DNA of 64,000 nt. It comes from Schizochytrium sp. TIO01. Lineage: Eukaryota; Protista; Bigyra: Labyrinthulomycetes. Below the pieces are notes generated by a model that ran no database searches, was not told where the DNA came from, and was given only the letters and a program-made list of their open reading frames with translations. Of the stretch, positions 1 to 13,400 are shown piece by piece (the stretch's first letter is position 1; every line of letters starts with the position of its first letter). The translations under genes and the position numbers were made by a program. The stretch covers positions 5,404,845 through 5,468,844 of the forward strand of contig SMSO01000014.1 in assembly GCA_004764695.1 (NCBI GenBank), given 5' to 3'.

Positions 1-51
1 CAGAGATCTCGCTTGCCTCCAGCGGAGAAGACTCTAGCTAGAGACGCCTGC

Positions 52-131
52 GCAGAGCAGCAGAGCAGAGCAGAGCAGAGCAGAGCATGACATGTAATGG
101 CATAGCAAGGCATGGCATGGCATAGCATGGC
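52..131. repeat. (GCAGA)n and (GGCAT)n pentanucleotide microsatellites
   Basis: Direct reading: cagagcagagcagag... followed by ggcatggcatggcatagcatgg. Confidence 0.85.
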
Positions 132-167
132 GTGGCGCGGCATGGACGACTGCGAAGGTGTATCTAG

Positions 168-509
168 ATCTTGGATTTGTGTCTAGATCTCTTGAATTTG
201 CAGAGCATGTACGGGCGAATGCGTGACGTTTCATTCCTCAAGCATGAACTTGACTATTCACAGAGCTCAGGCCAAAGACCACACACATACACGGCGCCCG
301 CCTCCTCAAAGGTCGCTCGCCTCTTCGCACGAGCTCGTGAAATGAAGCAGCGCAACGACCGTCTGGTAGCTAGCTTGTTAGCTAGCGATGGCGAACTTGC
401 TCTGGGTGGCCTCGCTACGCCAAGAAGGCCGGTCAACGCCAAGCTATCCTCTCCACATCTGACGGAGCCGCCGACGCCTCCGGAGTCGATCTCGAGCCTT
501 CGTGCCTAG
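168..509 (+). CDS. Possible terminal exon or small ORF of unknown function
   Basis: Open frame with protein-like composition (KHELDYSQ...ARLFARAREMKQRNDRLVASLL). Candidate acceptor AGs at 166-167 and 202-203. No recognisable domain. Confidence 0.3.
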   Translation: MLDLCLDLLNLQSMYGRMRDVSFLKHELDYSQSSGQRPHTYTAPASSKVARLFARAREMKQRNDRLVASLLASDGELALGGLATPRRPVNAKLSSPHLTEPPTPPESISSLRA

Positions 510-2491
510 CAGAGTGGCAGCCAAAGTGGCAGCCAAAGTGGCAGCCAAAGTGGACTGGATGGACTCGGGTTCGACACCTGCTCGTAGGGTGCAAGCGCAT
601 TCAGACCAAAGAGCCCGCGAAGAGCAAGCAGCTCTGACACTTGATGCTCGGACGAACCTCAAGGTTGGCCTTTGCTGTGGCTCAGTTCGCTCGGGATTCC
701 ACGCCCAACTTGGAGCCACAAAAATCGCTGTTCGTCAGAGCAATCCATCCTCCTTCAGAGAGACAGCGAGCGGCGAGACCGACTCAGATCCCAGGCTTCC
801 TGGCCCCGCTCCCGCGGCACAGGCGGCGATGCGAGTGAAGACAGTCTGCATGCATGCACGCCGCCTCGCCTGCGTGAGGGCCGACCCCGGCGCAGCTCGA
901 GGCCCTCGAGCATGCGCGAGCGGCGATCGATCATCGAGACCCACCTCGAAATAAATCGAATCGAATTTGAACGAACGGATAGACCTTTCCTTCTGCAGCT
1001 CTGCATGGTCCTCTCCACTCACTCGCTCGCTCGCTCGCTCGCTCTGCCACTGCCGCGCCCGGCCAGTAGCTCGCACGGAGACGCCTTCTCCAGGGCGCCC
1101 TCCGCAGCACCGCCCACGCGACGGCCGTGGCAGTCTCGATGCGACGGTGGTGGTGATAGCTGTATGGGATCGATTGCACAGCGGTTCTTCGATTGCACAG
1201 CGGTTCCATGGATCCATCTGAAAGCAAGGCACGCCAAGCGGAGCGATAAGAGTTACATAATCACCAATAGGGACCCTCTGGATAGGTCCCTAGCTGGCTA
1301 AAAGTGCTGAGGAAGAGGAGGGAAGTTTACTGTTATAGTATTGGGTAGATGGTGCTAGCGGTGCGAGGGAGCGAGCTGCGTTCTTTGTGTTCTGTTCTGC
1401 GGTGGGCGTTCAGCTCCTAGCCGGGCATAGGAGTGGCTAGGGCTTCGAGAGGAGTGAATTGCAAACAAAGAAAGAAACAAAGAAACAAAGAAAGAAACAA
1501 AGAAGAGAGAAACAATCAAACTCATTCGAGGCTGAGTCGAAGTTGAGAGTTGATGACTCCAATCAAGAACGGGGCGCCCATGCTCGAAGAAGGAGGCGTC
1601 GAGGCCTCGGAGCAAGCAAGGTGGCTTGATCAGAGCAGAGCAGCGCAGCGCAGCGCCTGTGATCACTTCACTGTTTGTTGGTTTCTTTTCCAAGTGGACC
1701 AAGAGGAAGTGAGTGATTGATTAATTGATTGATTGATTCATCGATTGATTGACCAATTGACTAACTAATTGATCATAGGCACGCACTAGGAGGTCGCTAG
1801 GTGATGCCTACGCGCTTCATTCATTGAAGGAAGTGCACGGGTGCCGGCGGAGGGGACACGCCTGAAGCGACCCCAAGACTTGGGCGCAGAGTTTGCTTCA
1901 CTTGTGAAGCGCGTGCAAAGGGCGGTTTCTGTGCTGGCAAGTGAAGTATAGGCGGGCCGCAAGTGAAGTATAGCGCGGCATAAGGCGGGTATTCACGATT
2001 TCACTCGGCCTAGTTGTAGTACCGAACGAACGAACGAATGAATGAAGGAGGCCTGAAGGGTTCAGGACAGGTGACGAACAAACCTCAATCGGACGCCACC
2101 GAGGCCACTGAGTGGTCAGTCACCCTACCTGAGCTCGGCAGCAGCGACAACGGGGAAGACGGTGGGCCCAGAAACAAAGCCGGCGCCGGAACCTACTTGA
2201 GAGCCTCGGCAGCAGCGTGTAGACTGAGACCAGGGGAGGTCTTGGGTCTGCAATTCTTCTTGTTCCTCATCGTTGTTCTCTCCGTGGTGAGCTTGCTCTA
2301 GCTCTAACCAGGAGATAGCTAGCAGTAGGTACCGAGCACTACCACTACTCCGTGAGTGAAAAGCTACCGAGTAGCAAAGACTCCTTGACTGCGTGGGCTT
2401 TGAAGACAGGCACCACAAAGGAAAACCTCTGGTCAAGGCAGGTGAAGTCAAGAGGCACATAGAGACAGAACTCTTGAGCACACAAGTCACA

Positions 2492-4561
2492 ATGCTTAGT
2501 ATGAGAGGCATGGGGGATCCCCCCATCAAAATTGATATAAACGTGCCCGGCAGTCCAGCCAGCTCCAATATGGAGGATGGACTCTCAGATCACTTTAGCG
2601 AAGATGAAGAAGTCGCGCGATGCCTTGACTGGAAGAGTCAATTCACCGTCCGTGGCGTTCTTGTAGGCACTATTGTTGGTTTTGCAATGACAATTATTAG
2701 CCTAAAGCTCAGCCTTACAACTGGTGTGATCCCTTCTTTGAATATCTGCGCTGGCCTCCTTGGGTTTGTAGGTGTTCGCTCGTGGGTAACATTGATTTCA
2801 AAGTGGGTATCTTCTACGTACACATTTACGCGACAGGAGAACACTGTGATTCAAACCCTGGCTGTTGCTCAATACAGCACAGCTTGGATCTTGGGTTTTG
2901 GTTCCTACTATATTGCAATGGACGAATCTTCCTGGGAGAAAACTGGAGCCAATGTAAATCAGAAGAGTGAAATTGTGAACCCGGATTACAAAAATATCAT
3001 CCCCTTCTCGATACTTGTCTGCTTTACTGGTATTTTTGTACTCAACACTCTTCGTAAGAACTTTATCGTCGATATGAGGCTAACATACCCTTCTGGTACA
3101 GCAACTGCCGTGATGATTAACCAGTTCTTTACTGATGATGGACAGGCTTTGGCACACAAGCAATTCATTGTATTTGGCCGCTGGTTCGGCATTTCTTTTT
3201 TCAAAGACTTTTTCTTCTGGTTCTTCGAAGGCGATGGGTCTTGTGGAATCAGCAACTTCCCCACCTTTGGCATGAAGGCGTTCAAGTGGACGTGGAGCTT
3301 TGACTTTGCAATCAACTATGTTGGTGTTGGAATGCTTTGTGGCCATGCCGTTAACTATTCTATGATGGTAGGTGCCGTTATTGGTTGGGGTATTATGTGG
3401 CCCATATTTACGGAGAAAGCTGGTGACTGGTACCCGGCTGACGCTGGAAGCACTAGTTTAAATGGGATTTTGGGTTATAAAGTGTTCCTTGCTATTGCGT
3501 TAATCATTGGTGACGGTGCGTACAACATTGTCAAGATGTGCATTATCTCCTACAAGACGTTCAAAAACCAGCGTCGAGACAGACCACTGGAAGCAGAGTA
3601 TGCCAACGAAGAGGAGGAACGTGAAGATCGTCTTCGCCATCGTGTCTTCCTTACTGACTCAGTCCCATGGTGGGTTTCTCTTGTTGGTTATTGTGTCTTT
3701 CTGATTCTCGGCTGCTCGATTATGCCTGTCATCTTCCCTAGCACGCATTGGTTCATCCTCTTTGTGGCATATTTATTGATTCCAGTCTTTGCACCGGCAA
3801 ATGCTTACATTTGTGGTCTCACCGATTGGGATATGTCCTCCACCTTTGGCAAGCTAGTTATCTTTATTTTCGCTATTTGGGCTTCACGCATTAACTCCAG
3901 CACTGGTATCATCTCAGGTCTTGCAACTTGCGGTATCGTTCTTGCTGGAACCTCTCAAGCTGCAACTTTGATTCAGGATTACAAAACTGGTTTCCTGACC
4001 CGTAGCAGTCCCCGAGCAATGTTTTTTGCCCAAGTGCTTGGCACGTTTTTGGGTTGCTTTCTTTCCCCTGCTGCATTTTTCATTTTCTACAATGCCTTTG
4101 ATGTTGGAAACGCTGACGGTGCGTATCCTGCTCCATATGGAGAAATTTACCGTGCCATGGCTATTCTCGGTACAGAAGGATTTGGTTCAATGCCAAAGAA
4201 CTGCCCGGCCCTCATGCTTGGGTTCTTCTTGGCTTCAATGGTCATGAACCTTGCACGCGACTTGGCGCCTCTGTGCATGGGTGAACGCACTGCTGCAATT
4301 GTTCAATTCGCCATCCCTATCCCTGGTGTGATGTCTATTCCATTCTATATCTCTGCCTCCCTTGCTATTGATATGGGTGTTGGAAGCCTTGTTAACCTCA
4401 TCTGGAGGTACTATTCCCCGGACGGATTTCTGACTTACTATATTCCGGTGGCATCTGGCCTCATTGCTGGCGATGGTATCTGGGCCCTTCCCAGTGCGAT
4501 TCTTTCGCTCGCAGGCGCAACCAGCCCGATCTGTATGTCATTTACTTCAAACTGGAACTAA
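2492..4561 (+). CDS. YSL: OPT-family transporter, Yellow-Stripe-like (YSL) clade
   Basis: Motifs QFTVRGVLVG, KLSLTTGVIPSLN, FTRQENTVIQT, LTYPSGTATA, NAYICGLTDW, DYKTGFLT, YPAPY and ASGLIAGDGIW, plus many TM helices. First ATG at 2492 (acaATG); the ORF track starts at GTG 2393. Confidence 0.93.
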   Translation: MLSMRGMGDPPIKIDINVPGSPASSNMEDGLSDHFSEDEEVARCLDWKSQFTVRGVLVGTIVGFAMTIISLKLSLTTGVIPSLNICAGLLGFVGVRSWVTLISKWVSSTYTFTRQENTVIQTLAVAQYSTAWILGFGSYYIAMDESSWEKTGANVNQKSEIVNPDYKNIIPFSILVCFTGIFVLNTLRKNFIVDMRLTYPSGTATAVMINQFFTDDGQALAHKQFIVFGRWFGISFFKDFFFWFFEGDGSCGISNFPTFGMKAFKWTWSFDFAINYVGVGMLCGHAVNYSMMVGAVIGWGIMWPIFTEKAGDWYPADAGSTSLNGILGYKVFLAIALIIGDGAYNIVKMCIISYKTFKNQRRDRPLEAEYANEEEEREDRLRHRVFLTDSVPWWVSLVGYCVFLILGCSIMPVIFPSTHWFILFVAYLLIPVFAPANAYICGLTDWDMSSTFGKLVIFIFAIWASRINSSTGIISGLATCGIVLAGTSQAATLIQDYKTGFLTRSSPRAMFFAQVLGTFLGCFLSPAAFFIFYNAFDVGNADGAYPAPYGEIYRAMAILGTEGFGSMPKNCPALMLGFFLASMVMNLARDLAPLCMGERTAAIVQFAIPIPGVMSIPFYISASLAIDMGVGSLVNLIWRYYSPDGFLTYYIPVASGLIAGDGIWALPSAILSLAGATSPICMSFTSNWN

Positions 4562-5280
4562 ACCATAGTTGCTCATGTGAGATATGCCCCATCAGGGACT
4601 ACTATTATGATCCAGCATCTGCCATTCCCATGCCTTGACCTTGGGGCAGAAATAATCGTGCAACGAGTGATCGTAAATCAAGCAATTGTTAAGCTCTTGC
4701 ACGAAATTGTATCAAGAATTCCTTTTTCTTCCCACGAACTCATGGTCAAGGTCGCCCCCCTACCTCCCAAGACCGTGCACCTTTGTTTGACAAAATTGGA
4801 ATATCAACCATTTTGTCTATTGAGACCATCCCACTGCACTTATGTCTTTGGTGGCCTCCACTTTGATCCAAATCTTTGTTGTTAACCTAGTATCATCCAT
4901 ATTCCTTTTCTTTAGTTCCGCTTTGATTCCCAAGTGCCGAAAGAGCAACGAAAGTATATTTTCTAGATTTCTAAAATTGTTTCTTTTTTAGCAAACGTGC
5001 TTTACTCCTACGAGGCCTCTTTAACAGAAGCATCAAAATTATACGAACACGTTACTCGGTGATCCAGTTGAAGCTGATGTATTCGTAAGAATATGTATGC
5101 ATGCCTAGCGAGTCTTCAGGGTGCAGGTATCTTCGAGAATTCCGTTACTCATACACCAATGCCAGGCTCGATGCATGAATAAGCCAGGAATCATCCGTAC
5201 CTTTCTGATTTGAGTGAGTGTTGAGAGAACTGGGGGTGAGAACCCATTATAAAGGTCACATCCACCTTTTAGATCAATTT

Positions 5281-6717
5281 TCAGAGAGACTCACGGCGCA
5301 CTCGAATCTTTGGAGGACTGTTCAAAGGATTCGCCTGATTCGTTGAACGACGACTGTTCAAAGGATTCGGGGCGAAGCGACCATTTTGGGGATCGCCGAT
5401 ATCCTTTTGATCAATGTTATAGAAATCGGATTGCTTCATTGAACGAGCCTCATTGCGCACTTGATTCGTTGAACGACGACTGTTCAAAGGATTGGGGGTG
5501 AAGCGACCATTTTGGGGATCGCCGATATCCTTTTGATCAATGTTATAGAAATCGGATTGCTTCATTGAACGAGCCTCATTGCGCACTTGATTCGTTGAAC
5601 GACGACTGTTCAAAGGATTCGGGGTGAAGCGACCATTTTGGGGATCGCCGATATCCTTTAGATCAATGTTATAGAAATCGGATTGCTTCATTGAACGAGC
5701 CTCATTGCGCACTTGTTTCGTTGAACGACGACTGTTCAAAGGATTCGGGGTGAAGCGACCATTTTGGGGATCGCCGATATCATTTAGATCAATGTTATAG
5801 AAATCGGATTGCTTTATAGAACGAGCCTCATTGCGCACTTGTTTCGTTGAACGACGACTGTTCAAAGGATTCGGGGTGAAGCGACCATTTTGGGGATCGC
5901 CGATATCATTTAGATCAATGTTATAGAAATCGGATTGCTTTATAGAACGAGCCTCATTGCGCACTTGATTCGTTGAACGACGACTGTTCAAAGGATTCGG
6001 GGTGAAGTGACCATTTTGGGGATCGCCGATATCCTTTAGATCAATGTTATAGAAATCGGATTGCTTTCTTGAACGAGCCTCATTGCGCACTTGATTCGTT
6101 GAACGTCGTTTGTTCAAAGGATTCGGGGTGAAGCGGCCATTTTGGGGATCGCCGATATCCTTTAGATCAAAGTTAAGAAAATTAGGTTCCTGCTTTGAAA
6201 GAGAATCCAATTTGCTTTTTTCAGCTCGAGCGTGGAGCTTCTTCGTAACTTTCCCTTGACGAGATCTCTCTTTAGTGATTTTGCGAATTACTTTTCTTTG
6301 CATGTGTTGTTCTGCTTTCTGCAGCAGTTTCTCAAAATCTTCCTCTTTTAGCTGACGCTGTTTCTGTACTTGGTCTTCTCGAGGGTGTCTTACATCCCAC
6401 TGTTTCAGCATAACTTTCTTGGGCTTAGCATTCGATGCTTCTAGTTTTGCCGCGGTTCTAGGTACAGGTATGGTGGTACTTTTGAAATTGGCTACCCGCA
6501 CAAGTGTTGGCGATACAAACTCTTCTTGAATGTTGTTGTCATACAAGATATCATATGAAGCCGGATGCACGCGGGTAATCGTGCCAGGGAAGTATTTGTC
6601 CCCACCATTCAATCGAGCCTCGACTCGGTCTCCCACTTTGAATTCAAGATAAGAACAACGATATCTTTGGTCTTGTAAACGTCTGTTGCGTTGTTGTCTC
6701 GACGGCTTAGATCCCAT
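5281..6717 (-). CDS. Putatively N-myristoylated protein with a Tudor/Agenet-like domain and seven 42-aa repeats
   Basis: aacATG GGA start (MGSKPS). Tudor-like FKVGDRVEARLNGGDKYFPGTITRVH...YDILYD, a coiled region, then DIGDPQNGRFTPNPLNSRRSTNQVRNEARS repeats. Confidence 0.75.
   Translation of the reverse strand: MGSKPSRQQRNRRLQDQRYRCSYLEFKVGDRVEARLNGGDKYFPGTITRVHPASYDILYDNNIQEEFVSPTLVRVANFKSTTIPVPRTAAKLEASNAKPKKVMLKQWDVRHPREDQVQKQRQLKEEDFEKLLQKAEQHMQRKVIRKITKERSRQGKVTKKLHARAEKSKLDSLSKQEPNFLNFDLKDIGDPQNGRFTPNPLNKRRSTNQVRNEARSRKQSDFYNIDLKDIGDPQNGHFTPNPLNSRRSTNQVRNEARSIKQSDFYNIDLNDIGDPQNGRFTPNPLNSRRSTKQVRNEARSIKQSDFYNIDLNDIGDPQNGRFTPNPLNSRRSTKQVRNEARSMKQSDFYNIDLKDIGDPQNGRFTPNPLNSRRSTNQVRNEARSMKQSDFYNIDQKDIGDPQNGRFTPNPLNSRRSTNQVRNEARSMKQSDFYNIDQKDIGDPQNGRFAPNPLNSRRSTNQANPLNSPPKIRVRRESL
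5320..6170 (-). repeat. 126-bp coding tandem repeat, about 7 copies
   Basis: gatcgccgatatc recurs at 5391, 5517, 5643, 5769, 5895, 6021 and 6147 (period 126). Confidence 0.95.
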
Positions 6718-7507
6718 GTTGATGGTAAGCAAAGGAGGCAGAAGGGCAGCACGTTAAAGGTAGGCTTCTCTCAGGACGCTTTCGTTATTCTGGTTTTGGT
6801 GATCTGGATTTGCTGAGTGAAAAGGTCTCGAGTTGATTTGGCCATGGTCTTGGCCATCTTCAGGTTCCTGTTCGCTCCTAAGCTAGGCCTTTCTGGTCTG
6901 AGGCTACGACTGCACCTTTAGTAGCAGCTCCTTTAGTTCAACTGGAGAAACTCGAAGCTCTATGGTTCTCTCGGGAGCACTCCTACTGGCCACTAGCCAG
7001 GTCCTACGTAACTTCGCACTGTGGGAGAACATCCCCCACAACTTTTACGTTCTGCGGTCCAATATACCAACTCGAGACCTTCCAAACCCTCGGTAGAAAA
7101 CCAATGCTCTTTGCGGCTGCGTTCGCTCCAGCTCAACCTAAACTCTGCTCAGAAAGTCATCGTTTCAGATCGATAGGGCCCTCCGCCCCAACCGCGATTC
7201 GATCGCTCAGGCCGGCTTGTAGGGATGGGATGCAGATACTCTGCAGGTTCCCATGCATGCATGTACGTAGTTACTACGCTGCTGCGTACCAAATCGACCA
7301 TCTTCCTTCCCAGATCAGCTGGGATGGCGGAGAGCTGTCCCCTCTGAGCTCCAGGACGGCAGCGGGGACTAAGGTTCCCGCTAAGAACCCTGTCAGCACA
7401 TTCCGGATACACAGCCATGTGGTGCGAACGTACCGGAATGTTGGATGTCGACTCGTGTACAGACAGACAGGCTAACGTCAGCGTCCTCAAAAGTGTCAGG
7501 AATCAAC

Positions 7508-8123
<616 letters not shown>

Positions 8124-9208
8124 GTCGATAGCACTTTCGTTCAGAGGAGAACGAACACAGGTGTCCTCAGGAGAGCTTCTGTGAGCGGATAAGTCGGAAA
8201 GAGCCCCGGCTCGCTAGTGCTAAGGTTAACGGTATGCGGCCGCTACGCGAGAATTTGGATTCTTCAAAGCCCACGACCGCTTGATCGATCGATCGATCGG
8301 CGATGCTCGAGCCGCGTCGAAGCTGGCCTGCGGATTGCGACGCAAAGAACTGACGCCTTGCTCTCCGGCAGCTGCGGCTTGTCGAAGCGGCCAGCAGTCA
8401 TCGACCGCACCGACGCGGCTTTGGGCGAGCAAGCCAGGGAGAACTGGAAAGCCTGAGCTACTTGGGTTCTGCCGGAGAACTCTGCGACTAGGATCGAAGT
8501 AAGTGAGTGGTAAGTGAGTAAGTAGTAACAACTTGGAAGGCGCAGGTGAGGATGTGTCCCCTCTGGCGGAGAGGAGAGAAACTGCGCTTGAGACTTCCTT
8601 TAGCGGTCTCGACGAGGGGGTGCTACCATGGAGCTAGCTAGTTGTAGGGATCTGTACAAGGATCTGGGGCTCACTCTCAGTAGTTAAAAGGAATATGTTA
8701 CGATTGTGTGTGAAACTTTCGAGGGAGATTAACTTGAATCGCAGCCGATTGCATGCCTGGTAGGCGATGAGGCCTTGAGCCGTGTCCGAGAAAGCTCATT
8801 CTATCTGGTGTCTGGGTGGAGAAGGAGAGCGGGTCTTCACTACGAGTATGCGATTGGCTCTCTCTCAGCTAGCCTAGCTACCTTAGGATTGGTTGTGGCA
8901 GAGTTTTCTTTGGTAGTGCTGCTTCGGTTTGAGTGAGAGAGACATTGTCGTCGACGTCGAAGACGCAATCGATGGGCCAAACTCGAAATTGGAGAGTGAA
9001 GAGAAAATGCATTGTTTCCGGAACTTGCCTCCGGAGTCAACCCGAAGAATATGATCGACCATATAGTTCTGTAGTATCTCAGAATCGCCGCTCCGAGCAG
9101 CCCAGCAAACCACTAACTCGAAAGCCAAAGCAAACACCATTCAAGAAAACCCATCTGATACTTTGATCCTAGCACGAAGAAAAGCTTACCCTTTGCTTGT
9201 TTATCAAC

Positions 9209-9457
9209 ATGGGAAACGGGGCTTCTAGACGGCCTCCTAAGAAGAAAGGTGGCAAGGGGAAGAAGCTAAGGTTGAGTGAGATCGGTGATCCGACGAATAT
9301 CGTAAAGGTCCCGAATAAGGATCACCCACCGACGAGTATCGAAAAGGTCCCGAACAAGGTTCCCCAACAGGTGATCAAGAATCCCACTCCTCGTCCTTCT
9401 ACTCTTCCTACTCCTCCTCCTAAGAAGAACTCTTACACCAATAAAGGGTATATATAA
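9209..9457 (+). CDS. Small basic/Pro-rich, putatively N-myristoylated protein (82 aa) with an IGDP motif
   Basis: atcaacATGGGA start. MGNGAS followed by polybasic KKKGGKGKK, EIGDPTNIVKVP and an internal KVPNK repeat. Confidence 0.55.
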   Translation: MGNGASRRPPKKKGGKGKKLRLSEIGDPTNIVKVPNKDHPPTSIEKVPNKVPQQVIKNPTPRPSTLPTPPPKKNSYTNKGYI

Positions 9458-10413
9458 ATCAACCAAAGGAACTTAACGCAAATGAAGCACTTCCCCTAAA
9501 TAGATACAACCTAAACTTAAGAAGGCCAATGTCAATACATTCTCGTTTGTTGAAGTGCGATTACTTAACTCTAACTCTTTGTTGATTGCTGCATTACAGT
9601 ACAACGCTCTATGGCAATTGTTTGCAGTGGCCTTGGTGGACTCCAGCGGAGACAACCGTTATCCACTTTCACTTTGATGCTTCTGAAGCACCGCAATTTG
9701 CACGGCACCCTCCAAGTAGGTGTAGTGAGGGGCTGGCGTGGGTCGTAGCTACGCAACAACTGCAAACGAGAACCCAGAAACTTAGCTCCAAGGCTTCGCA
9801 ACCATACTTTGTACATCTAGCCCTTGTAGACTTGACTCGAGTGTTTCTAAACGCCATGTACAATTACCCCTTGTTTTACTATGTATACTTTGTGTTTGAC
9901 TATGCCCATATTCGGGCCAACCTCAAGCCCATGAGATCATAGGCAAGCATCACAATTTTCATCTGTACGCCCACTAGAGCCTATTACAAGGAGTTATCAG
10001 GATCTCCAAGCACCGTGAAGTTCTTTTACTTTTACTTTTTCTTTCTTTCTTTTTTTTCCCACCCTTATTTTGGAGAGGCGTGCCGCTGCAATTAATTCAG
10101 TCTCGAAATCTTGCCAAGGCCTCTCCAAGCACTTGACTCGTGTCAATCTTGGAGCGGTACGGAGCGATCTCAGCTTTAAACACAACTATCTGCAGACTCC
10201 GAAACATTCTTGGACGTGCAAGTTGCTCCGTTCGTAAATGCGTTGTGCTAAAATGCGTTGTGCTAAAATGCGTTGTGCAATGGAGTAGGTAGGAGGTCTC
10301 TATGGTACTAATAGATAGGTAGGTGTGTTTGCTAGAAAACCGAGCAGATTAAAAAAGGAGCGCTCACTTCGCGAGACCCTCCAGCAGCGCAATTCCCGTG
10401 CAAGCCGACAGCG

Positions 10414-13400
10414 ATGAGTGCGGCGCCGGGACCCGAGGGTCCAGAGCCACCTCCTCCTAGCTCCACCCCGCCGGTATGGGCCTTCCGTGGCCAGCACTCG
10501 GACCGCAGTCTGAACGCAGGCGGCCACGATGACGCTGGCGACCAGCTTCTCCCCAGTGTCAGCGGCCTCTCTAACACCAACGCTACAACGGATGAGCGAG
10601 AACCTTCATCTGCCGCATCAGTATCTTCGACATCCTCCTGGCAGGCCGTAGTCGCTGCCAGGGCTGCCTCCCTACGCGAGGGGCGGCCTTCGCCTACTTC
10701 GTCCACATCACCTCGTTCGGCCTCATCCGTGGCTTCCAATGCAAACATCTCTACGACATCAAAATCGTCTACAACGAATATACATAGAACCTCACGAACA
10801 GGATCTGGTTCTTTGAATTCAAAATATTCCCAGTCTAGCTCAAACTCAAACCTAAATCTGAAGCCTCAAACATCCGGAATTCCAAGACCGCCTATGCCTT
10901 CTTCATCTTCAACTCCTGCAAAACAGATATCTACCGCGAATGATATGTCACCGCCGACTGTGCCTTCGCCACCTCCGTCGCCAGAGTTCTCGTCGGCGTC
11001 ATCCGAATCCTCTAGCTGTGCCGATGTTGATCGCATCAAGGCTCAAGAAGATACAATGCCACTCCCTGTGATCTTTACACCACCAGCACCTCCCGCGACG
11101 TCTCGTAAACCAAGATCACTTTCATCACGATCTGAAAGGAGCTATGAAAGTGGGAGCGAACCCGGAGCAGGTCGTCGAAGAGTTCCACTACCTCAGGGTC
11201 CTCCTCCGCCGCAGGACCCGCCCCCTGCTGCTGCGGGACTTAAGTTCATACCACCGCCGCCACCTCCGCCACCAACGTCTGCATCTTTAGCAAAGACGGC
11301 AGTGAGACACAAACCGCACATCCCACTGCCACAAGGGCCACCACCACCGTTGGCTGACGCAAATAAATCTGGAAGCAGTGCTGGAAGTCGGCATCAACAA
11401 CAGCATCAAGATCAAGATGAAGATTACGAGACAAGCGCATCAAGTTCTGCAGGTGACGACTTTGCGGAACGTGCGGACCATCGTGGGGTAAGTCTGCGGG
11501 AGAGACTTGAGGCCATTCGAAGGCAGACAATTGAAGCGTGGATGGATGACTCCGATCATTCGATGAGGGAAGATCCAATTTTGGAGGAAACTGATGCAGA
11601 TATTGAGTATGAGAATGAACACGTTGAGAGGCGAAGCTTAGTAGGAACAAGCCGGAGATCGAGCATCAATTCAACAAAGTCGGCGGCATCAAAAGAGAAT
11701 GATGTAAAGGTATCGTCGTCGCCTCGAGGATCTTTCTCGACCGGTGCGAGGCCAGCAGATTTGGACGAAAACAATCCTGAGCGTAAGCATCAAGAGCAAG
11801 ATAAAGAACCGTCTCACCTGGAGGACCGAGAGGGCCATAACATAGAGAATTTTCAGAGAGAAGAGGCAGGAAGAGCTACGCATTTACCACCGCTCAAAGT
11901 TGTAGCAACACAATCATCAAGTGCCGTCACAACGGCGCCCGCAGGTGGCGCGAGCCGAAGGCTAAGCCAGAAGGCATCTGAGGGGTCAGAACCATCATCC
12001 ACGGCCAGTCAAAGCTACTTGGGGCAGGAATCAGTTGATTCAGACCTCATACACTTCATGCGCGCACCAGACTACCCGCCTCCGCCATCGAGCGAGGACG
12101 GCAGCACAACTGCAAAGGTCTTCTTCCCGTATGAATATCCTGAGAGCATGCAAGAGAATCCAATCGAGCGTCAGTCAGATCATTCGCTACAACAGTGGGT
12201 TCACCAAAGTGCAAGTGGTCCTTTCAAAACATCGTTGCCGCCACCACCTTCTCACCTTCCCTCTTCGCGAACGACGTTCTCGAAACCGATACAACACAGC
12301 GATTTGATATCACAACCAAACCTTTCAGCAGAACATAGGTCTCAAGAAAGTCATAGTTTCCACGTTCAGGGCGAACAACATAGTGAAGTATACTTTGCAG
12401 ATGGTAGTCCTGGTGTTAATAAACAAGGAGATGATTCTCTTAACAGAGAAAATCAACGAGATGTTGTGCAACATCAAAAGTTGCATCAACAAGCAAATGA
12501 AAATACCACCCATGTTCGACGACAGTCCACCTTGGATAATGATAGCTATGACGATGATGAGAGCAGCTTCGGAGGCTTTATTGTTCCACCACCACAAGCG
12601 TTGACTGAACATCAAGCGCTTGATGCAATTTTGGCTATTCTCAAAGAGTCTTTGGAAGACTTTGAATCACGAGGATACAAAGTCGTGCCTCGTCGACGTG
12701 TACACGAGGTAGTAATGTGGTTTGACGAGCGAGGCGATGGAGAAATCGCTAAAAATGACCTTGCTCCTCTGCTTGTAGAGAGTTTGGGGCTCCCTATTGA
12801 GGATGAAGCCCAAATATCAAAACTAGCGAGGGCTATGAACCGGGGTGTTCCCGCAGATTACAAAGTACCGTATATGCTTCTCATGCAGGCTGCCGACGAG
12901 TTTGCATTGCAAATGCACAAGAGACGTTCAACATTCCGCTCAAAATCTACACCTTTCCCATTGGCTATTCTCAGCTCCGCAGTGCGAGCCTCAAGCTCGC
13001 CCTGCCCACCGAATGGAGCAGAGATGCCAGCCCCAACTCCACGGTCTGCCGAAGCGTATCGCCGTCTTGCTCGTTATGCTCTTTGGATCAACGAGCTGCG
13101 CATCTGGCCTGAGCACGTAGACGTTGAGGTTTTACAAATGAACTTCCAAAACGGAACGTTATTTTGCAAACTTGTAGACGTCCTCATGACACAATGGAAT
13201 TCACGTGGCCAAGTCTCTTCCGGGCCGTCTGATCTTTTTCGTGGAGTACACTGGAATATCCGAGGACTCACTCGCTCACCTTGTCTCAAGAACATTGAGA
13301 CTGGTCTCTCTGTGGTATGGAAGCAGCGCGGCATTACTGCGCGCAATATGCCAACCGCCGTTCAGGTTTATAGTGGCGATCCTCGCGCGATTTGCTCCCT

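Noticed and set aside
502-1702. Several overlapping GC-rich ORFs
   Set aside because: No domain signal; they contain microsatellites and short tandem duplications and look like intergenic or UTR sequence.
4577-4885. Plus-strand ORF, and a minus-strand LRSLVARLFLP...MLDH stretch faintly like an HNH homing endonuclease
   Set aside because: The resemblance covers few residues and is interrupted by several stops; not supportable without a profile search.
5320-6170. 126-bp repeats as a CRISPR array
   Set aside because: Contiguous in-frame coding repeats with no unique spacers and no cas genes; eukaryotic context.
10237-10278. Triple aaatgcgttgtgc repeat (also 514-549, 1170-1206 and 16189-16233)
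   Set aside because: Short local slippage duplications with no further structure.
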